From Phoronis australis (Eukaryota; Animalia; Phoronida): DNA of 64,000 nt. Positions 1 to 12,889 of the stretch are shown here, piece by piece; position 1 is the first letter of the stretch, and each line of letters opens with the position of its first letter. A model generated the notes under the pieces. It ran no database searches. It was not told the origin of the DNA and saw only the letters and a program-made list of their open reading frames with translations. Location of the stretch: the NCBI GenBank assembly GCA_002633005.1, contig NMRA01000748.1, positions 104,462 through 168,461 on the forward strand, given 5' to 3'. Made by a program: the position numbers and the translations under genes.

Positions 1-430
1 ATTTGCTTGAAAGATAAGTGGACGCCATAAACAGACTTGAAAATAAATAAAAAATGGCCACTAAATGGCATACAATATGCCGAAACTATTCGAAAATGAG
101 GTGTCATCCATTGACCCTTTAAAAGAAATCTATCACCCATATTTTGAGAAAATCTGTCAAGATCTGCAAAGCACAAAAATTACCACAAAGGTGCACAGCG
201 CCATTCAGATGTGCCCGGAAGTCATCGCCATTCATTGTCACTTTTATGGAAATGTGACTTAACACACTTCGCGTAAGGGGTTCAGGAGATACAGCCACGG
301 ACCCAAAAAGAAACAAAACTGGCAATAGATTTGGGGCCACAGTAATCGGCGCCATCCAAAAATCACCATGAGCCATAACTTTCCAAGTAAGAGCACATAA
401 AAATTTCATAATGGTGTTCTGAATTCAACG
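1..430 (+). repeat. Degenerate fragment of the CCACTAGG-motif HINE-like family (same as 37160-40650)
   Basis: Shares aaaatggccacta, ggagatacagcca and gccacagtaatc motifs with the array units at 37-40 kb. Confidence 0.55.
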
Positions 431-3400
431 TTTTTGTGATGGAAAGCAGGTATATCCGCTTAGTACTTAAAAGTATTTCACCAAGCATTGTCACAGACCC
501 AAAAGGTGATATGACTGATCGTATAGCTTTTGGTATATATGACACTAAATTCATTGCGCCTGAATAATTCTTTCTGGAAAATTAATATGAATAATATACA
601 TTATTACACGACCACTTATACTTTGACATCGTGGTGCTAAAACTTCCAAAGGGGTCATATAAGAACACAAACAACGGCCAATTCTCCGTACGTATCAGGC
701 TATCGGGTCCTCGAGAGAGAAATAGTAATTGTGAACATGGGCATGTTGCAATATTGCTCTCCCTCAGTCCATTACTCTCGGGATCGGTCCCTATTTTGTG
801 TTAAGCTTTGCAACATTCAGAAAGACCTGATATACATATTTGACTACACTAAGCTGAAAAAGGACACAAACGCAACAAATGGCTCAGATTTTGTCAGAAA
901 ATGCTGAACTGTGAAAAGGTTCTGCGGTAAAGGTAAGATGCAAGTATGAGCCAAACCTAATCAAAATTGAAGAAACTAGAGCTTTGACAGCCTGCTGAAT
1001 CTGGATGGACCTACTGATGTCAGACAATGGAGCCCAAAGTACAATACAGCTCAACTAAGCACGGGTGTATAGCATACATTAATTTTACAAGTGCAACACC
1101 AACAGGTCCAGAACATAAAAGCATGCACACCATGCAGACCCAACGGGGAGTTATGACAACAAAAATCCCACAACATTCAAAAGCAAATTCAACATAACTC
1201 TGAATGCTTGTAACTTTGCTGAAAAGCTACAACATTGAGGTAATGCCCAGGGCACTAAGATTGGCAAGCCTCATCGAATAACGTTTTGATGCGTTGGAAC
1301 AATGCCGTGCAAATTTGTCACTAAAAAATCTTTGACTCAGTGCTCATTTCAATTATCGGGCGCTTTAAGTGTGCTCCCTTTGCACTGAGTATTTACTCTA
1401 TTTAAAAAAGTGCCCATATGTGACCAGTGCTTGTGACTTTGTCTTTGGAGGTAAATGAACTTAGGATACGACTCTTAAAAATTATGAGAAAAGACAAATT
1501 CTTTTATTGCCAGTAGAACGAGTCTTAGTATGTGTCAATTTTGACAACAGGGCCATGAACAAACTACCAGAAGGTACGTGTTACCCCTTTACAACGTCCA
1601 AGGTGATAACTGCAATTGTGACCCACTTTATGTATATGAAAGTGCGCCTCACGATTTTGAAAATCAATTTGATAAAAACAAACTACAGATTGGCACTAGT
1701 GCAAGCAGTGAGAGCTTAAGGACTAAAGATTCAATATTGTCTTTTGTATAGTTCCCTCTACAGTAGAGGGTGAGAATTTTACAGGTTTGACAATTAAGCT
1801 CTGAGAATGTGGTGTACTAGAACACCGTGTAAAGCTTGTCATTCGTGTGAAACATGGCATGTAGAACGTGGCAAAAACGTGTAATTTTCGTTCCAATAAT
1901 CCACTACGCATATCAAACGTGGCGCTTTTTCCACGCTAGCGTGTAATCTGTGTCATTGACATGGTAGTGACCACACACTTGGTCTGATGGTGGACAAACC
2001 ATTGTTTTGTTTATAGTAGATCACTATGTATCATGCGATACTTAAATCAAACTTATCGCAGAATAAAGGTATTTCTTCTTTTAGTCACTGTTTATTGTGA
2101 AATGTAAATAATCCAAAATGTGGTAATAATGTAGAACTTCAAAACCATAATGATGTTAAACAATTCTTACCACAGACTGTTGTAACTAAATTTTCTTACA
2201 TCTAGAAAAAAGTTAATACAGAAATATAACTTTATAAGTTCTAACATAAAAGTTCTAATGTATGTCGTGAACGATTACGTGTCATGAGCAGAGCAACACT
2301 AAAAAGTAGGGCTAAAGCCCCCTAGCCCCCTATGGTGCGCCGCCCATGCGTGTATGTGTATGTATTTAAGTTAGAGTCATGTCAGTTGCTTGAAGACAGT
2401 TTATAAATGAATTGAAATGGAGAACATATGCACTTTGCAACATTTTTTGAACTAGCAAGAGCTTTTCAACAATTGTTATATCATCAAGCTCAGGTTTATT
2501 TTGCAGCCCAAACCTGTGAAAATATCAAAGTGCACAAATGTCTTATCCTTATCCTAGCCGACTCAAAATGTGAGTTGATGCTATAACAACAATACGCATC
2601 TTGAAGTGAAATTTTTTTAGAATGACTAAAAATGGCAAAAGTTGCACTTCAAAATTGAAGGTATATAACCAAGACATAGATGTGCAATCAAAATATGGTG
2701 ATCATGTATTTAAAATTCAAAACTGACAAAATTGCGTGCATTATTCGTATCGTCTCAAGCTATCAAACTTGAAGAAATTGCTTGGCAGGTATTTTCAGGT
2801 GATTTGCTGTCTATTCTTTTTCAAAATACTTTCCAACTGAATTTTAACCTTTATGATATCTCGAACCTTATTCACAAAAACTGGCCATTTTTACAATATT
2901 TCTCATGTGTTTAGCAAAATACCTTATCTTCATTCTTGGTGAACTTCAAATACAAACTATATACTGTGTGGCGAGACAAAAAAGGTTTTATTACAAGAAC
3001 CACCTTGGCACTGCACAACCGCGTCGATATTTGTTTACTACTTATCTAAGGTCACCACAATCAATCGAATCTCCCACCAGGTACAAATCAGCTTTGCATA
3101 CGCTCAGTTTTTTCATTCATCAAAACGCCGTAGCATTGAGTCAATGAGGTGTACTTATGACAGAATGGTGCAGGGGAAAACTGTGGAGTACAATCATGGT
3201 ACTGAACCAAAAAACAGTTCAAAATAACCAATTAGGAATTAATATACAACTGAAGATGAGTGGCTGAAACAAGACGGTTGCACATTCCAACTTCATATAT
3301 TACCTGGATAGTCAACCATTTCTACTTTGACTCTCTTGTTTTTTGTAACAATCCTACTTAACTGTTTAAAAAAGGACCATTGCAGGAGAAGTTTATCAAG

Positions 3401-3441
3401 CCATTGTCAAGCAGAATATGTACATACCAAACTTCTGTTAA

Positions 3442-3921
3442 GGCCCTTTCATATTGATTTACCTCTGGTCTGAGCGGCACGTCGACGTAAACAGCGCATT
3501 TTACTGGACCGTTCATACTGGCTTCGGTAGTTAATGAACAGTGCAAGGTTGCGCTGCACGCTAAGATTTTTTTCAATGTGATAATTTGGGAACATTTACA
3601 TTAATTTGCTAATTGACATTAACTTTATTTTTAAATCAATTGGTTATTATTTGAGCAAAATATAAACAGCTATTAGTGACCGCACTTAACCCTATAATTG
3701 TTGACGATAACAGTGGCACCTGGCGATAACTTCAATTGGACCGAAGTTAACTGTTCATACTGCACCGAAGCATTGACGCTGCGCTGTTAAATCCACCTGT
3801 TAACTGCGATCATGTTAACTGGAGTTGTTAACTTCAATCCAGGACCAAAGTTAAGCGTTCGCACTGACCACTTGACTAACTCCCCAATCCAGTGACGCGT
3901 CAACGTTAGTATGAAAGGCCC
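3442..3921. mobile_element. PIF/Harbinger-like MITE (~480 bp), copy 1
   Basis: Ends GGCCCTTTCATA...TATGAAAGGCCC (12-bp TIR, 1 mismatch), preceded by TAA; no ORF. Confidence 0.65.
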
Positions 3922-6110
3922 TTGACAGCTAAACCAACTCTAACTCAGTATTTGGACATTTGGAAACACAGTCAAATCTTTTGTTGCAAATTCTTTGATG
4001 TTCTTAATTGAACATGTTAGTCATTCATATTGGGTGAATTACCTCCCAGCAGCCTTCTCAGATCTGCAAACCTATCTAAAGTGTATCTTCGTTGAAGAGT
4101 TCTGTCATAAATTCCCATCAGTACACGTTTGCCATGTATTTTTATACGTTTGCCAATGTTCTTCATTCTAGCGAGAATATCTGGTGGATCTTCTGATAGC
4201 ATATCATAATTTTACACATTTGCAACTCAAATTAACACATTTTATACGTGAACGTGACATTTTTTTACACATTTGACATGTAATGTATCCTATTTTTACA
4301 CGTTTTAAATGCTAGCNAACGACTTATATTCAAAAATGGCAAAAGTTGCACTTCAAAATTGAAGGTATATAAGCAAAACATAGATGAGCAATCAAAATAT
4401 GATGATCATGTATTTAAAATTCAAAACCGCCAAAATTGCGTGCATTATTCGTATCGTCTCGAGCTATCAAACTTGAAGAAATTGCTTGGCAGGTATTGTC
4501 AGGTGATTTGCTGTCTATTCTTTTTCAAAATACTTTCCAACTAAATTTTCACCTTTATGATATCTCAAACCTTATTCACAAAAACTGGCCATTTTTACAA
4601 TATTTCTCATGTGTTTAGCAAAATACCTTATCTTCATTCTTGATGAACTTCAAATACAAAACATATACCGTGTAGCGAGACAAAAAAGGTTTTATTACAA
4701 GAACCACCTTGGCACTGCACAACCGCGTGGATATTTGTTTACTACTTATCTGAGGTCAAAGGTTAAAGGGATTTCAATCAAATCGAATCTCCCGCCAGGT
4801 ACAAATCAGCTTTGCATACGCTCAGTTCTTTCATTCATCAAAACGCCGTAGCATTGAGTCAATGAGGTGTACTTATGACAGAATGGTGCAGGGGAAAACA
4901 GAGACAAAACCTAGTTTATTCTAAGGGACATTGTGCGTCTACATGCAAACGATCGTTGGCATTGAGAACGAATGCTAAGAGTCGCCTCACGCTTCTGTGG
5001 TCAAGAGCACAGCAAGTTGTGAAAAGAGATACATCCTCAATCAAATTCCTTAGTTCAATTAAGAAAATGACATTTCAATGTTTTGATCTCGTGCTTACAA
5101 CATGCTCTCATGCACCAATATCCATTTCTTACTTGGTTTCGTATCAGTCTCCTAGCACGTGACCAGTACAGGCTATATGAATGACAATGAACTGTGACTT
5201 ACATAAAAGGTCGCAAACAACAGTAACAGTTGATCTGGTAACGCTACGTTTTAATGATTATTAAGTTAATTACGTGCTGCAAATCAGCTGACATTGCAAG
5301 TGAATGTTAAAACAATTTTTCACCGAATAATTAACCAAAGTCTTAGAGATTTTCGCTCTTCCCATTTTAATCATCTTTTTCTCTGCTTCAGCAAATCAAC
5401 CTTATTTGAACTTAAGAACAAGAGTTCTCGAAAACGGCTTATTAGACTTCACTGAAACTTTCCTAACTTAATATTCAAGGGCCTAGTTTTTTGTAATGTA
5501 ACAAAGACAAATACTATTTCTATTTTTTACAAAACAATCTTACGTTTTGCGAGTTGACTTGTCATAGAAAACAAACGAAAAGACAAATCGAAAATTCCTA
5601 ACAGCATTTTTGAGGTAACTGGTGAAGTTTTCATTTAAAAAAGTTTCATTAAAATTGACCGAAGGGTTATTTTGAAATGAATGTACCTTTCTTAAAAATA
5701 AAATTTTGACTTAAACGAATACAAAAAGTATTTTTATATTCCCTGACCTTTTTTCCTTCAGAATATAGATACTTTTACAAGTCGACAAAGCTTAGCTTTT
5801 ATACACAAGTTAGAATGGAAATCACTAAGTAAGATTTGAGATAACCTTAAGCTGTGGAGTACAATCATGGTACTGAACCAAAAAACAGTTAAAAATAACC
5901 AATTAGGAATTAATATACAACTGAAGATGAGTGGCTGAAACAAGACGGTTGCACATTCCAACTTCATATATTACCTGGATAGTCAAATTTCTACTTTGAC
6001 TCTCTTGATTTTTGTAACAATCCTACTTAACTGTTTAAAAAAGGACCATTGCAGGAGAAGTTTATCAAGCCATTGTCAAGCAGAATATGTACATACCAAA
6101 CTTCTGTTAA

Positions 6111-6590
6111 GGCCCTTTCATATTGATTTACCTCCGGTCTGAGCGGCACGTCGACGTAAACAGAGCATTTTACTGGACCGTTCATACTGGCTTCGGTAGT
6201 TAATGAACAGTGCAAGGTTGCGCTGCACGCTAAGATTTTTTTCAATGTGACAATTTGGGAACATTTACATTAATTTGCTAATTGACATTAAATTTATTTT
6301 TAAATCAATTGGTTATTATTTGAGCAAAATATAAACAGCTATTAGTGACCCCACTTAACCCTATAATTGTTGACGATAACAGTGGCACCTGGCGATAACT
6401 TCGACTGGACCGAAGTTAACTGTTCATACTGCACCGAAGCATTGACGCTGCGCTGTTAAATCCACCTGTTAACTGCGATCATGTTAACTGGAGTTGTTAA
6501 CTTCAATCCAGGACCAGAGTTAAGCGTTCGCACTGACCACATGACTAACTCCCCAATCCAGCGACGCATCAACGTTAGTATGAAAGGCCC
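6111..6590. mobile_element. PIF/Harbinger-like MITE, copy 2 (within the duplicated segment)
   Basis: Same TIRs and interior as 3442-3921. Confidence 0.65.
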
Positions 6591-8203
6591 TTCTGCATCC
6601 CACTAAAAAACCATGCTTCATAAGCGCTCTCCGGACACAACTGCACTATGACAGCTAAACCAACTCTAACTCAGTATTTGGACATTTGGAAACACAGTCA
6701 AATCTTTTGTTGCAAATTCTTTGATGTTCTTAATTGAACATGTTAGTCATTCATATTGGGTGAATTACCTCCCAGCAGCCTTCTCAGATCTGCAAACCTA
6801 TCTAAAGTGTATCTTCGTTGAAGATTTCTGTCATAAATTCCCATCAGTACACGTTTGCCATGTATTTTTATACGTTTGCCAATGTTCTTCATTCTAGCGA
6901 GAATATCTGGTGGATCTTCTGATAGCATATCATAATTTTACACATTTGCAACTCAAATTAACACATTTTATACGTTAACGTGACATTTTTTTACACATTT
7001 GACATGTAATGTATCCTATTTTTACACGTTTTAAATGCTAGCATTGGCTTCGTTTTAGTTTTAACACTCTTCACTACTTTGCAATTTAAAAACAGAAATG
7101 GTGCCAGCGAGTCCTCCCAACTTTAACGGTCGATGAACAAATTAACAAGAATTTAATTGAAAAATTATGGCATGACCTTGTCTGCTTACAAAGTAATAAG
7201 TAAAACCCAGCAACAAGCATTCCGAAAACAGGAACAGTTAATAAAGCAGATTTCAGTCAAACGATCAGGTCACGTCAATGTTTAGCTATGTAATACAATT
7301 TTTTTCATAAATCTATCATTTTTCTGTAGTATATCAAAAGACCAGTTACTGAAGAAACAATTTAGTATCTTGCCTGCACAATCAATTTGGAAGTTTACCA
7401 AAACAGGTTAGCCACTTAAGTCAAGCAATGGTAACGGGAGAGAGAGGATCAGGGTCAGATGCTCCATCAGTTCTCAATCTAATGCCATAAAACTGTGAAC
7501 TTAGGTGGATAAGACCACAGCTGATCGGGTTTGCCTGAATCTGAGATTCTGCATGTGTTATAAAACAGCAAAAACAGCACGACACTGAAGTTGTTAATAC
7601 GTACAGTGCTTATCTGTCAGTCATCCGCTAACAAAGAGACCAGTGTGGGTCTTGGAAAGGGCTTAAACCCACATGGTGAAAATAAAATAAATTTATTCCT
7701 CAATCATTTAAATCAGATACTACTAAGCATGTCTGATAAATAATACTAAAAATAAAAAAATTCAAAAACTAACCAATCTTTAGACCATAATGCTCAAAAG
7801 TAGTGGGTGAGTAGTTTGACGAATAGTGGGCACTTAACACGAATTTTTCACAAATAGGGGTCAATGTGGGCACTTGTATTAGCACAGGCATTAACCCGAA
7901 TGTTCATGTTAACGACACATTGAATCTTAACTCACCTAGAATGCTGCATGTCATAAAAAATAAATGCAGAGTGTCAAAACAAGCCCACTCATACACAGCA
8001 CGTTTTGAGGCTCCTCAACAAAAAGACACGTAACATTTGTTATCATTACATTTCAGTATGGTTGGCATGCCAATTTTGTAAAACTATACCAGTCGGGAGA
8101 CAGCTTGGAAACGGGCAGAGCGTCGCGGCGGAGCAGAAACGTCGTCATTGTGGATGACAGTCAAACACAGTCGAGTGAGAAAAGCGGCTGTTGTTAAAGG
8201 AAA

Positions 8204-8277
8204 TCATTTTGATGGTGATGGCGATACATACACTGAATTGTTAACAGTGGTGATATAGACCTGGGGCGTTGCGTTTC
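8204..8277 (-). CDS. Possible terminal coding exon of the unknown minus-strand gene (GNATPQVYITTVNNSVYVSPSPSK*)
   Basis: Acceptor cattcaattcag; phase 1, in frame with the 9031-9225 exon; ends in TGA at 8206-8204. Alternative exon choices exist nearby. Confidence 0.3.
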
Positions 8278-9030
8278 CTGAATTGAATGTAACGTGGCGT
8301 GGCTTTAACATAAGTCAGTTTCATTCCTCCCACATGAGACACACACCTTCTTTTGCTATGTACTCAATTCTCTTCCAATATTCACAAATTGTATGGATAT
8401 TTTTTATACTTTCTTGGTAATCATAAGATTTTTAAAAAACATATTATTTATTTGCCATATCTGCAAAGTTTTGGGGATGATTTCAGTTGATTTCGATTGC
8501 ATGTCAAAGCCTTTTTATCAGCCATTTTCAGGTCTTTGTTTTTTAACACTATTGGCAGTTTTGATCATCAAGTTTCCTATAATGCGAGCATTGATTCACA
8601 TGGAATTTCACTTGTTTCATAGTCTATAGCCGAACGTTTCAATTTTTGTTTACCTCTGAACAGCAGCAATATCGGTCAATAAAAACGAAGAGTTGCAATG
8701 ATTGCCGATGTCTTTGTTCATTGAAGAACAATAAAAAATATGATACGCAGTTCCCAACACAGTAACAGCACAAAGACACAGTTCAAACAATAACTTGCCC
8801 ACAGTGTGAGCACCCTATAGTGAATCAAAATTTTCTGTATATTATAACTGGGTTCAAATGTTTTGAAAACGAACTGCAGAGTGCCAGAAAACGGCTAGAG
8901 CTCGTGTAAAAACAACGTGCTCTTGAGAAAAGAATGTCAGTGCGAACATCTGTAAGGTTCATTAGGGAATTTTGGAAGTCCAAACTTCACCATAAGTGTG
9001 TGAAATTGTGAGAAATGAGAAATCAGTTAC

Positions 9031-9225
9031 CTTTAAGATCAACACCACCAAAGGCTCCAACAGGACCAAGAGGATCATCAAGAGCTCCAGCAGGACCAAG
9101 AGAATGTTCAAAGGCTCCAGCAGGACCAAGAGAATCTTCAAAGGCTCCAGCAACATCAGCAGGATCAGGGGTTGGATCAACATGGTTAAACGCTAGGGAT
9201 GAATCATCACTTTGACTAATGACAC
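9031..9225 (-). CDS. Candidate internal coding exon (195 nt, symmetric phase 1) with a 10-aa repeat (E/D)(D/H)(S/P)LGP(A/V)GA(F/L)
   Basis: Acceptor ttattcattgtcacttgcag, donor AAG|gtaact, length divisible by 3, open frame GVISQSDDSS...GGVDLK. Confidence 0.6.
9050..9165. repeat. 30-bp minisatellite (~3.5 copies) inside the candidate exon
   Basis: aaggctccagcaggaccaagag-like units starting near 9051, 9081, 9111 and 9141. Confidence 0.9.
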
Positions 9226-9524
9226 CTGCAAGTGACAATGAATAACAGAAACACTTCATTTGCCATGAAATTAGGACACTGACATATAAAAACGACAGAT
9301 CTAGTCTCCCATTTGATTCACAAGAGATGAAAACAAACTTGATATCACAAACAAATTCACATTCACTAATCCAATTTTTAACTACACTGTCAACTTTACC
9401 GCAAAAATTACTCCATTTTAGACACTCACTAATCTCCAAAAATCCATATGTGCATTGTCAGAACTCACAAAGGTACTCGTTTGATGAAATAAAATATTTC
9501 TCTCCTTCTTGTGCACTTGAAATC

Positions 9525-11190
9525 TTATTTATGATCGACATATGTCCCGAATGATACAAGGTAGTTCGTGCATCGCAAGCTTGTTACCAGAGATGAAACC
9601 AAGACCTGGGTAAGCGATATAAGGTCATTTATTATGACTAATACAATTACAAGTAAGGTCATTTATATGACGGGCCCCCACAGTCCCTTAAATGTTCCAA
9701 CAACCTCAACAATTTCCTCCTCCTCTGTTCATCCATCGGTATCCCTATCAACCGGGAAAAAACTATTCTTCCCACTACAGCCCTCAATCTTTTCAGCATC
9801 CACCCCAACACTGCCACAATGTCTGCCTCCCTGCCAAGGACAAGCTCGACAAGGCCGCGGAGCTCCTCAACCACTTCCAACGCAAACCCACAGTCATGCT
9901 CCATGACATGCAGTCCCTCCTCGGCCTCCTCAACGTCGCCTTCCTCGTAATCGTGTGAGGATGTGCTTTTCTAGGCCGCCTCATTGACCACACCAAGGGG
10001 CTCCACGGCGTCCTCACCATCATGTGACTGTCAACAACGAGGCTCGCGCTGACATACGTTAGTGGCTCCTCTTCCTCGAGCACTTCAATGGCAAATCACT
10101 TCTACTTTTCGACAAATGGGTGTCGTCTTCATCCATCAAACTCTACACTGAGGCCGCTGCCGTCCATGGTGGTTTTGCTGCCGTCTTCGGCTCCCAATGG
10201 TTTGCGGGACACTCGCCACCGTCTACATCCGACCTCCACATTACCTTCAAGGAACTCTTCCCCATCGTCCTCGCCACTGAGATCTGGGGTCACAAAGTGG
10301 GCATGAGCTGTCTTCCTACATCTCTTGTGGCACTTTGCCCATCTTACCAGAGATTAGTATTTCTTACCTTACTTATCTTTAGTCACTACCTATTACTGGT
10401 ATTGTATTAGTCATATAACTACCTTACTTATAACTGTATGATTGTGTCATTTAGCTGTCTTACAACATCTCTTGTGGCGTTTTTTATTGCCCATCTTACC
10501 AGAGATTACCAATTATACTTTATTTACCTGTATTCATTATATTGTAATTGTACTAGTCATAATAAATGACCTAATATCGCCTACCTCCCTCTCCTTTTCA
10601 TCTCTGGTAACAAGCTTGCGAGGCATGTATCATTTATCTATTATTTGGGACATATGTCGATCAAAAATGACCTTATTTGTGATTGTATTAGACATAATAA
10701 ATGACCTTATATTGCCTACCCAGGTCTTGGTTTCATCTTTGGTAACGAGCTTGCGACGCACGAACTACCATATATCATTTGGGACAAATATTGATCATAA
10801 ATGGTATTTCACTCGTTAAATATATTTAATTGTGAGCATATGGTCCCGTGTTACTCCTTTCCCCCCTCAATTCGGTCTAGTCCATTAATTCCTTTGTGTA
10901 GGACTACTCGTCGTTCTCCCAGCCTCATTGGCCAATTGTATCACGTGCCCAGAGTTTGGTCAGCTCTGGGGCTCTCATAGGCTTATGATTGTCACGTGTC
11001 CTTAGGAATTCACATTTGTTATTGTAACCTCGTTTCCTGTTCACCTACTTCGTTCCGGCCTCGTCGACGTACGTCTAAAACTTCTCAAATTTTCCCACCC
11101 CCTACCATCCCCCTTTTCAGCATTCCCTCGAACCTCCACGTGGCCGGAGCTTTTTATTTGCCCATCGTTACCAGAGATTAGTATTTATTT
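9525..11190 (+). mobile_element. Rearranged DIRS/Ngaro-type (tyrosine recombinase) retrotransposon remnant with degenerate RT/RNase H at ~9700-10300
   Basis: Frameshifted peptides IGIPINREKTILPTT, DKLDKAAELL..LHDMQSLLGLLN, AFLGRLID, WLLFLEHFNGKS, LYTEAA..GFAAVFGSQWF, HITFKELFPIVLA..WG match DIRS-class RT/RNase H. Flanked by ~140-bp inverted repeats (9525-9665 / 10665-10805). Confidence 0.85.
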
Positions 11191-11500
11191 AACTGAAGAC
11201 CTGATTAATAACACCTTAAATTAGTATTACACCTCAATTTAGTATTGCACCATTTCCAGTATCTTGAATCCAACCCGATATCTCTTTAACTGTTTGATCA
11301 TTTAAAGTTAACACAGAGTAAGCAACATATACACACGTCAAATACAATAGAAAAAACAAACGCATGCAACAATACTATCAATGCAAACAACACTTGACTT
11401 AAGCAGTAATCAATAAATCAAATAGATTTTAGAATGCCGTGCCGTTACCGATGGATTCAATGTAAAATAATAAAAATATTAAAAATAGTAAAGGTTATGT

Positions 11501-12060
11501 AGGGCCATAGAAAAATGTCCAATTATGGCCAACTTTGTGTCTCATATTCACATGAAACTTTCAGATAATATAAATATACACTGTGCTCCAAAATCGTTTT
11601 TAAAGTCTTACACTTTTATATGAGGAGGAATCATAAAACAGGAGCACCACATTGACATGTCTGTGCATTCTGCCAAATATTTACAATTGAATTACGGTCT
11701 TTAACTCGGCAAAAATGTTTCTAAAGAAAAGAGACTGTAGAATTTAATTCTTGGCTTGATAACAATAGAGTGGGTCACATGGTCACGTGTTTTAGTAAAA
11801 TTTACAAAAACGTTGACACATATAGTTTTATAAATTATTTTGTTTTGTTTCATGCAACTTTTATTAAAAAAATCATATAAAGTCTTTTATTTGATAGCTC
11901 GATGCAACAGCGGAACATTCTAAAAACAATTCCTAACAACATGTTAGAATACAGTCAGCGTATGTCTGAAGGTCTCACATACCCGGAAAATAAGACTCGG
12001 CCATTTCTGAAATATGATGTTCCAAAGATAGCCACATTTAGATATTTTTCTGGAGACCGA
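11501..12060. mobile_element. Putative MITE with imperfect TIRs; related ends at 20580-20620 and 20825-20860
   Basis: ggccatagaaaaatgtccaattatggc resembles the reverse complement of gccacatttagatatttttctggagacc. Confidence 0.4.
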
Positions 12061-12889
12061 CACAACCTCAAATGTAAATTGGTAAAGCAAACTACTGGTA
12101 CTCTAAAAAAGGTGGATTAAGGTTCCAGCTATCACACTTATGGAACCATGTCCTGACCTTGATACCGCGTCGCCTGGTTAAAACACTACCTGTTGGCCAG
12201 GGTGGTAATACCACTTGCCAAGCTGAAGTCTGTCAGAGACCGATGCAATGCTGATAGCCCTAGTAAGCAAATTCCAATATTGTACATTTTCTGTATTTTT
12301 TTACCTCAGCTGGGCTTCTCAAAACTTTCATGCTTTTAACAAACTAGCTACCTAAACTACACTTTTGTTCAAGACATATCGTGGTCCATTTTCAAGATTT
12401 ACAACTAGGTGCTTATCCTTTACGCATGAAGGAAACGGGAATACTAATTTTAAGGCTGTTTAAGGTTTTGGCAAATCATACATAATACTTCCTAAAGATC
12501 ATTTTCCCTTCATGACATTTTCTATATAATATATCCATGCACCCCTTTAGTGCATATTAATTCACTTATCATTACCTCATTTAAATTATCATTGAAAGAA
12601 GATCCTAAATGACTTCAGTTTTGTAGTAATTTAATCTACTATCAACAGCAATTACCATATTCATCTACAAATCTCATGTTCAGCTTAAAACCCACCACCT
12701 AAATTTGTGAATTTTCACTTCTAAATTAAATTTGCTGAGTCTCTATTCAGACTTCTTCCCCTGTGGGCTGGGCTATGTAAGCAGGTCACCACTACAGTTG
12801 TACACTGAGCAGTTAACACAGCATTCAATGGGATCATTGGCTTGTCCAGTGAACTCACCCACAGCAGGATAACTTGAAGGGAGTTCAAT

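Larger units (their letters stand above)
2628..7042. repeat. Near-identical tandem duplication (2628-4316 vs 4332-7042) joined at a single N (4317); probably two haplotypes assembled in tandem
   Basis: Both copies start aaaatggcaaaagttgcac and end ttttaaatgctagc. Copy 2 has extra blocks at ~4898-5851 and ~6593-6648. The ORF track shows the same ORFs twice (2732/4436, 3358/6027, 4017/6743). Confidence 0.9.

Noticed and set aside
9023-9439. Collagen-like gene, or the full 138-aa ORF as a gene
   Set aside because: The repeat period is 10 aa, not continuous Gly-X-Y; the part above 9225 looks intronic, upstream of a clear acceptor.
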